Made by a program: the position numbers and the translations under genes
DNA from: the human T2T-CHM13v2.0 reference genome, Homo sapiens
DNA length: 64,000 bases
Reading direction: 5' to 3'
Assembly (NCBI GenBank): GCA_009914755.4
Contig: CP068257.2
Location: 26,720,001 to 26,784,000 of the forward strand
Notes under the pieces: model-generated
Told to the model about the DNA's origin: nothing
The model's input: only the letters and a program-made list of their open reading frames with translations
The model's database searches: none
Part shown: in pieces, positions 55,201 to 64,000 of the stretch
Position numbering within the stretch: position 1 is the stretch's first letter
Layout of the letters: each line of letters opens with the position of its first letter

Positions 55201-56662
55201 TAGCATTTCCTATGAGAACATGTCTGTTTAATAACAATGTAATAACAGATAATAAGGACACCAATCACAGAGAGAGCTGGTTCGGCCCATGTTAAAAGTT
55301 GATGATAATTACTAGACTAAACAAATTATTAAAAATATGTCTCTATCTTCAATCTGAATTTTTAAATACTTAAGAATAACTTGGGAACTGAGGTTCAATT
55401 TAGTAAGCATCATTATAACTAATACCAAATGGTTTAGCTACAATTGTACTTTGAAAAGTTTTGGGAATTTTATTTTATTTTTTTTTTGGCATGTCAGGGC
55501 AGATGAAATTTCAAAAGAATACATACTTCATTCCTTCTGAAGTGACCCTTAATTATTTGGGGAGGAAAATGAGATGAAGCCTATGTGTCAACATATGCTA
55601 GACACCCTTAGTCTGTACATATGTGGACACATTTCAGACATCATAGGTGGAAAATGATTTTAAATGTTTTAAAGTACTTTTTCATTTGAGAAGCAAGGGT
55701 AACCAAATATTTACTGTCAAAAGAAAAAGAAAATTGACCTACTCCTCTTCTTCATATCTAAAAATATGTTCATTATGAACACATTTGGGTTCTCTACTAT
55801 AGGGAACAAATTTCCTAGATCTGAGTAACAGTAATTTGTATTAAATCTGTCCATCAAAGAAATCGGTATTCCAACTCCCCTAAAAGGTGGTGGGGAGTAA
55901 AATTAAATACAAAAGTTTTCAAAAAATTGGGTGGTATTTTTTATCATCAAAGAGCTATGAAATAACTTTTTTTCATTAAGAATATTTCACTTTGAGACTT
56001 TTATTTCTGCCCTTTCCATAACATGTATGTTTTTCCTAATGTCATTTTTCCTGGCCGAGAAGCACGTTAACAAAAATAGAGATTTTTTTTTTAAGTGGAG
56101 GTGGAGAGAACAGGAGTGTTATGTCACAAGTGACTTCAAATGGAAGAAAAATACCAATTCCACATTTTATTCTGAAGAGAGAATGGAAATTTAAAGATAA
56201 TGTTCACTAACTTTCCCTGTGTGCCCATAGTCAACCAAAGATTTCTGTGTCTGCTTAACCCAGCATTGATCCAACTAATAAATTGTTCCTTTATAGAAAA
56301 TAATCTCTGTCCCAACACAAGAGGAAGCAGTGTGAATTCTTTATTTTTAGCTAGGCTGCATATCATGAATCCTTGCCATGTTGAGGAATTGTGCTACTGA
56401 TTCTTTCTACTAAAGACCATTTGGGGCATTTGAATTAAGTAACCTGCTCTTCATGCTGACTAATACGGATAGATTCTTACCATTTTCCAGTACTTCATGT
56501 AAATATTTCCATCTCCTATCAAATAAAACTAGTATTTCTTGACTCTTTTAATATACTTCAAGAAGCTTTTATGTTTGTTTTGGAATGTTTTAATTTTCAC
56601 TTTATTGATTTTTAGCTAAAATGTTACCCTTTTACTCTACAAGTTAATTTTGAGTGGAGTGA

Positions 56663-57097
<435 letters not shown>

Positions 57098-57467
57098 AGC
57101 ATTTTTCAGATATACCATAGGAGTGGCAAGTGGCTGCATAAGAAACAAAAATATACAAATGGCTAACAGGCATATAAAAAGGTGCCCAACATCATTGATC
57201 ATCAGAGAAATGCAAGTCAAAAGTACAATGAAGTATCATCTCACCCCAGTAAAAATGGTTTTTATCCAAAAGACAGGCAATAATGACTGCTGGTGAGGAT
57301 GTGGATAGAAGGGAACCCTCAAATACTGTTGATGTTCCCATGGAGCTACTATGGAGAACAGTTTGTAGCTTCTTTAAGAAACTAAAAATAGAACAACCCT
57401 ACTGCTAGGTATATACCCCCAAAAAAGGAAATCAGTATATCGAAGATATACCTGCACTCGTATGGGT

Positions 57468-57767
57468 TTCATTTGTTTGTTTGAGATGGGGTTTCACTCC
57501 CATAGCCCAGGTTGAAGTGCAGTGGTGTGATCTCAGCTCACTGCAGACTCAACTACCCAGACTCAGGTGACCCTCCCACCTCAGCCTCCTGAGTAGCTGG
57601 GACTACAGGCTGGCACTACCACACTTAGCTAATATTTTATATTTTTAGTAGAGATGAAGGCTTACCACATTACCTAAGTTGGTCTTGAACTCCTGGGCTC
57701 AAGCAATCTGCCTGCCTTGGCCTCCCAAAGTGCTAGGATTACAGGCCAGAGCCACAACACCCAGCCT
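57468..57767 (-). mobile_element. Old Alu (AluJ-like), nested in L1
   Basis: Diverged antisense Alu: 'ttgagatggggtttcactcccatagcccaggttgaagtgcagtggtgtgatctcagctcactgcagactcaactacccagactcaggtgaccctcccacctcagcctcctgagtagctgggactacaggc...gtgctaggattacaggccagagccacaacacccagcc'. Confidence 0.85.
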
Positions 57768-59094
57768 CCTATGTTTATTACAGCACTGTTCACAATAGCC
57801 AAGATTTGGAAGCAACCTAAGTGTCCATAAGCAGATGAACGGATAAAGAAAATGTGGTATGTATACCCAGTGGAGTATTATTCAGCCACAAATAAGAATG
57901 AGATCCTGTCATTTACAACAATATGGATGAAACTGGAGGTCATTATGTTAAACGAAATAAGCTAGGCACAGAAACACAAACTTGGTATGTTCTCTTTCAT
58001 TTGTGGGAGTTAAAAATTAAAAGAATTGAACTCATGGAGATAGAGAGTAGAATGATGGTTATCAGAGGCTATTAAGGGTTGTGGTGGAGAGGAAAGAGAA
58101 TGGTTAATGTGGACAAAAACATAGGTGGAATGAATAAGATGTAGTATTTGATAGCACAATAGGGTGACTATAATGAATAATAACTTATTATACATTTTAA
58201 AATAACTAAAGAATAAAATTGGATTGTTTGTACCAAAAAGAAAAATGATGCTTGAGGTAATGAATATTTCATTTGCCCTGATGTGATTACTATGAATTGT
58301 ACGCCTATATCAAAATATCTTATGTGCCCCATAAATATATACACCTACTATGTACCCACAAAAATTAAAAATTAAAAAAAGAAATCAAAATTAATGCCTT
58401 TGATAAGTAGAGAAATTTTCAAACCGATTGACACATAACTACTGTCCAATAAATGTTCGATGTTATTATAATTTGTCACCGCATCCACTTTCAACACCTG
58501 CGACCTCAGTGTTTTCATAATCTGGTTATATCCGCATATTCATTTCCAGTTACCAAATAAAATTCCAAAACTCAGACCTAGTGCGGTCAGTCCCACAATG
58601 CCATAAGCCACCTATCTTCTGTTTGCGCTTTTCCCAAATAAGAATTTTAAAGTATGCACTGACAATCAATATCAATACATATATTATTAGTGTAAGAATT
58701 AATAATGATGCACGAAATACTTTGATCCGCTGAGGGAGAGAAGTTATACAAGATTTTATCAATTTCCGGTGGCATCATGTGCTTCTCTCGCTCAGGTTGT
58801 GGCCTTGATATAAGTAGCTCTCCCTTCACTGGCTTCAATCACTTTTTGTTCTGAAAGTATTTATTCCCATTGCTAGTGTTACTACAGCACCCACAATAGG
58901 AGATACACAATAAATGATCCAGAAAATAGTTTCTCTCCTCAACAATCACTTGTAACTCCTGGTAACATTGGCCATAAAATAAACTCTCCCAATCCCACAT
59001 GCCCAGGGGCTGAAAGAATTCAGGGTGGGCCAGATGGAAATTATATCCTGAACCTACAAGAAATTAAATATGCTCAGCCTCTCCAGTTTCCCTG

Positions 59095-59122
59095 TTTTTT
59101 TGTTTTTTTTTTTTTTTTTTTT
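59095..59122. repeat. Poly-T tract (~26 nt)
   Basis: Direct read. Confidence 0.9.
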
Positions 59123-60063
59123 GGTTTACATGGGAACCTGTGTTTGTAATGGAGTTTTGTGTTAACCAGCTGCAGACAGAGTCCTTATTGCCTGTGCCTT
59201 CCCAGTGCCACAGAACTCCTTTTCCTAACATTTATTCAAGTCATGGTTTATGGTTTCATATGCTTTTTAATTGATTTTAGTCTTTCCCTACCAGAGGCAA
59301 TGTTTGGGTGCTTTGTTTGTTTTATTGGTTGGTTGGTTGGTTTGGGTTTGGGTTTACTTGCTAGTTTTGCCCACATTTTATCCCCACTGTATCTAACAAT
59401 GTCCTAGGGTCTGATAGGCTTTTTAAAAATATCTGGTTGACTGACTACTTAATCAAGTTCTCATGTTCTCTAAGGGTTTCTAAGATGACATGCTTTCTCA
59501 ATATTCATTTGCCCTCTTCTTTCCTTTCCCTGATGCCTATGCCTTACAGAACAAATGGCCTTGTTGGGTTTAACATATTTCTAAAAACTGGATTAATCAA
59601 TACACCTCCATTTACAGCAACCACCTCCAGCACTATGATCACCATAATCTTTGTCTTTTTGTTAGAGAAACCCTATCCCTTCTATTTTTTCTCCTGCTAC
59701 ATGGTTTAAATTTCTTATGTGTTATCACTGACCTTGTGCTATGGATGGAACTATGTGGGCAAAATCACTCTTTGGCTTTCTACATAACAATTTTTTCAGG
59801 GTTGTTTTCTCTTTCTTATGAGGGAAAGTTTATGCTATCTCTAAAATATTGCAAATGGTTCTCCCAGTCTTCCTCTTACCTGGCTGTGTTTCTGGCCAAA
59901 GTTGAGAAAATGGAGAAGAAAGCTCATGGCCCCTCAAGTAGCCTACCATACAGCGGAGAGCACCTGTGTGGACAAAAATTACAATGTGATGAGAGAGACG
60001 CTGTCATGGAGATCTGTATGAAGTGCTGTGAGATAACAAGAGAAACATCCAGATCTACCCCCC

Positions 60064-60064
<1 letters not shown>

Positions 60065-60111
<47 letters not shown>
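60065..60111. repeat. (CA)23 microsatellite
   Basis: Direct read. Confidence 0.95.
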
Positions 60112-60115
<4 letters not shown>

Positions 60116-60265
60116 CAAGGGAGAAGTCATAGGAAAAAAAGAACTTTAAAATGGCAACTGGAGTCATAAGTATGCATTTGCTGGGCATAGACATTCTACG
60201 TAGAGAAAGCAGACTGTAAGCAATAGAGGGGGCAGCCTGCCCAGCTGATATGAGTAATTCAGTGT

Positions 60266-60268
60266 TGT

Positions 60269-60317
<49 letters not shown>

Positions 60318-60318
60318 C
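60266..60318. repeat. (GT)n microsatellite ending in (GC)4
   Basis: Direct read. It is inverted-complementary to the (CA)n tract ~155 bp upstream. Confidence 0.95.
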
Positions 60319-62389
60319 AGGTGTGCAGGTGTTTATGAAGGAGTGTTTATGAAGGTGTTAGGAGATTAAATATTGAAAGATGAGTATAGACAGGTTAGCA
60401 TAGTTCAACTAAATATCTTTTACTCTATCCTGTGGGCAATCAGAGGCTGTTTTATATTTACTGGTGAGAAAGATTTCTGGCATAAAGCAGAGAACTGACC
60501 GGTGAAGAATGATATTAAAAGCAGAGAGAATTATACAGCACTTGAAGCAAGAGATGGCATGCATTGATGAGCTGATGCTACAACAGAGTCAGTGGAGAAG
60601 ATATCTGGAGGCATGTTAACAGACTTGATGATGGTTTGAGTGGGTGCTGGATGTAAGGTGAGCGGAGGCATCTTGGATAATGTCTAGGATCACAGAGAGG
60701 ACGGCAGAGGAGTAAATTGGAGGAGAATATGAGTTTAGTAGTGAAACAACAGGTGAAGATATCCAGGTGGAATCAATGTTTTTATTTGAAAAGCAATGGA
60801 AGAATCTGGTTGGAGGAATAAATTTGAAATTCATCAGCAACTGAGCGCAGATGAAGGCAAGTAAGAAAATGAAATTACCCTTGCAGAGTAGCAAGACAAA
60901 AGAAATAAGTTTATGTTTGTTTCGTTCTGAGCTACAATGTAAACAAGGCTGCTTTACAACGGCTTTATTTATTTTTACTTTCATGCAATTTTTTACACAT
61001 CTTTTGGAGGGTAAACTTCACCATATCCATTAATAATCCTTGGTTATTTAAAATGGAAAAAAAAGAATGAAATTCTGGTGAATCTCCATCTGTAAGGTAT
61101 AGATGGAGGAAGCAGAGCTACAAAGTACACTGAGAATTAATTGGCCAGAGAAATAGAAAAGAATTCATGTAAAAATGAAAGTTGGAGCATAAAGTGGTAA
61201 ACAATATAAAATGTCATAAAGAGGGTCAGGTAAAAAGAGGAACAATTTTCTTTTTGGTTATAACACCTTGAAGGGCTTCGATGATGGTTGCTAGAAAAAT
61301 TTTAACAGATTAGTGCTGTGTGAGGCCAAAGTGCAATGATTATTAATGTCAACAGAGGAGAAGGAATAGAGACATCTAAACAGTAGCTCCATGAGGTTTC
61401 ATCTTAAAGACGAATAAAGAAAACTCAAGACCGAAGATAACATCAATCAAGAGTAAAAAGTAGAAGATACACAAAGAAAGAATAATTTTTGGACCAAGTT
61501 CTTCAAAGAGGTGAAGAGAAGTGTGAGGTAGAACACAGATGGCATGAACTTGAATAGTGATGGATACATCTCTGCTAAGGCAGAGTGAAAAAAGGGGCAT
61601 GAGAAGATGAGTGTGAGGAAGAAAAGCCAGAAAGTTAACATTTGCTTCCAATAGCCTTTATTCTCTGGTGAAAGCAAACACAGAGCTAGACAGGGAGATG
61701 GAGTGCCGACGGCTTCAATAACCACGTGAGGAATTATAGATGGGGGGATGAGAGAATGACTAAGGCTCCAAAGAGAACCGTTTTGAGTTCACAGCTAGTG
61801 ACAGCAGATGACCCTAATGCAGTGTGTTAAATCTGTTCTCCAGAGGTATGAACTTCAGGCTGGCATTGGGCCAGAAGAAGATGATTGCTGGCTCTGTCCT
61901 GTGAAGGAGGTGTGGGTAGGAGGATTTTCACAGCGGATGCACTTGAACAGGTAAGGGATGGGAATCCCAATGGTTAGAAGAAACAATACAGAAATAGGAG
62001 GTTCTAAGGCATGTCTGGAAGTGTCTTATTTCTTATATCTTTACTTTTGCCACAGTGATGGGATTCTCCTTATCAAGGCCCAGCTTTTCTATTGATGTCA
62101 TGCAGAGAGCAAGCCATGTAGTTCTTGCTTCCAGGAAATATTTTTTTCTGGGAAAGTATGGAAGGAATCTGTGTGCTCTGTGAGCTGCCCTGGCCTGACC
62201 ACACAGCTGGCTCTGTCAAAAACCAAGAGGATTTTCAGATGTTTCCCTAAGGCAAAGATACATATTGTGTATATCCAGCAGTTTATTTATCTAATAAAAT
62301 AATCACACATAGTTCTCCTACTATGGGCCGTAACTCTTTGAGCACTTTGTAAATATCAATTAATTTAACCCCCAGAACTGCCCACCAAG

Positions 62390-62540
62390 GTGAGTATTGT
62401 CATTATCCCCATTTCACAGATAGGGAAGCTGAAGTCTAGAGAAGTTAGGTGTGGTGTCTACAGACTCAAAGTGGGTAAGACACAGGGAGGGATTTGAACC
62501 TAGACAGTCCAGCTCTGGAGTCTGGATTCTTATCCACTAT
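62390..62540 (-). mobile_element. MIR SINE fragment
   Basis: Antisense MIR core: 'attatccccatttcacagatagggaagctgaagtctagagaagttaggtg...gggatttgaacctagacagtccagctctggagtctggattcttatccactat'. Confidence 0.7.
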
Positions 62541-64000
62541 TCCAAGCTGTCTTTTTATAATCAAATAGTTAAAAGTTGTAAAATTCTGTGTGGTGGGAAT
62601 TTTCTAACTACTCCAATTTCTTCCTATTACACTATCACCAAACATTTAATTAGAATTGGCAACTTAATAATTTCAATTTTGTTATCTTCTTTAAAGACAT
62701 AAAGGTGCAGCATAAAGGTGAGCATTTTTATTTTAATGTCATAGAATGTTTTTTCCTTCACCATGAAATATCCACATCTTTGATTTCCATGAGTCATAGA
62801 ACATTCGTGGATTCCCTGGACGTCAGCCCTATTTTAACTCCCTTTGTTTCCAGAGCAGGTGTCTACACAGTTGGTCATGGTGACCTCTGTTTGTTCTGGG
62901 AGCCTTTTTGAATTATTAGAAGGTAGTCTACTATTAGCCAGTATTCCACTTGGCAAAGCCAAACACGTGTCAAGCCTGCTTGGAGATATATATATATATA
63001 AAATTTGATTTTCCTTATTCTTAGCCAGTTATACATCTGTGTATATATTATTAATTGTTATAAGTTTAATTTTTCCATTGTCCTATATATACGTATTTGT
63101 GTCTGGAAATTATTATCTTCTGTTTAAAATTCAAACACATTGTTTCTTTAGTTAATAGATTACTCTGTCTTCACAGAGATGTTGGTTTGATTTTCTAGAG
63201 AAAAAGTTCTGGGATTTTGAATGTTTTGTATTTTGAACACTGAGCCAAACTCTGACCACATTTTTTTAATGGAAACACTTCTGATGAAAAGATAAAGCAT
63301 TATGTTAACCTGTAGTCTTTGGAGTTGAAGTCTAAACAGAAGTATAATGCGTGAATTGACTGATTATTTCCCGCTTCTGAGTTAGCTGGCTTTTTACTGT
63401 TAGCTGTAAGAGTCACAGGGCTCACAAAATTCTGTCTCCCCCTAACCAATGAGTAAGAAATGATGAGTTGTTTAATATAATACAAATCAAATTATAGAAT
63501 GTTGCCAAAAGAATGACAACGGCAGTTTGATAATGGAGCAATTAAAGTTTAATTAAGAAAAATACATTTTTGATTTGGCAGATAATTGAGATAATATCTT
63601 CTACTATGATGTTGGAAAAAATATAAAAGAATAATTAAAAATTTTTAAGTGGAAATGAAGAGTAGAAAATAAAATCTCTAAGCACAAAACATTCTTAGTT
63701 TCCTCAGTGCAGTAGAAAGGCCAGCTTGCCTGAAGCAAAATGTACAAAAGTAGTTCTGAATCCCAGCATTCATAGCAGATCTGTGACTTATACTTTCGAT
63801 AGCATTGTTCAGGAAAAATCCATGACCCCAGAATATAGGTGAGAATCTCATTAGTAATGATTAATGATTTACATGAGTACAGTAATTTACCTTTTGCAAA
63901 GTTATTTATTCATTTAACTAAAAATTATCTGTTGATCATTTACTATGTGCACAGCACTGTGTTAGATAATAGAGCAACAAGATCTTTACTCCCACTGAGT

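Noticed and set aside
59736-60194. 137-aa ORF ending in HTHTHTHTH and antisense CVCVCV ORFs
   Set aside because: They read through the (CA)n microsatellite and have no supporting features.

Overview
This window reads as human or other primate nuclear DNA, not prokaryotic. It is AT-rich and repeat-dense, with no convincing multi-exon protein-coding gene. Every long ORF in the six-frame track falls inside a LINE-1 ORF2 remnant, an Alu, a microsatellite or a decayed ERV pol; I treat them as translation artefacts or pseudogenes. The family-level calls below rest on matching the sequence against consensus elements from memory and need RepeatMasker to confirm. The first ~18 kb is a head-to-tail array of three minus-strand L1 elements. 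The first L1 (~2.2-10.0 kb) is near full-length and interrupted by two Alus, a TA-rich expansion and a complex TA/CA microsatellite. The second (~10.0-15.2 kb) carries two Alus with long TSDs. The third (~15.2-18.35 kb) is 5'-truncated in ORF2. Further along there is a solo ERV1-type LTR that has inserted into an Alu (19.6-20.0 kb). There are at least six further LINE-1 fragments: a possible ancient LINE remnant at ~21-22.3 kb; 3'-end pieces at ~25.9 kb and ~45.7 kb; an L1 3' end carrying a 5' inversion consistent with twin priming at ~29.7 kb; an L1 3' end split by an MST/THE1 LTR at ~34 kb; and an L1 carrying a CpG-intact young AluY and an old AluJ at 56.6-58.4 kb. Several ERVL-MaLR LTRs (MLT1 and MST/THE1 types) are present, including two MST LTRs 10 bp apart at 42.2-42.9 kb. 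A deletion-ridden ERVL-like provirus with both LTRs and recognisable RT and RNase H motifs lies at 36.1-39.6 kb. There are also at least six MIR fragments and (GT)n/(CA)n microsatellites. The most interesting non-repeat signals are a GC-rich island at 50.88-51.2 kb (minus strand) encoding a ~95-aa ORF with a predicted transmembrane helix, and a possible terminal exon at 23.02-23.27 kb (acceptor-like site, stop, AATAAA downstream). I see no CRISPR array, operon or any bacterial- or phage-style system. Coordinates of repeat boundaries are approximate (±10-30 bp).
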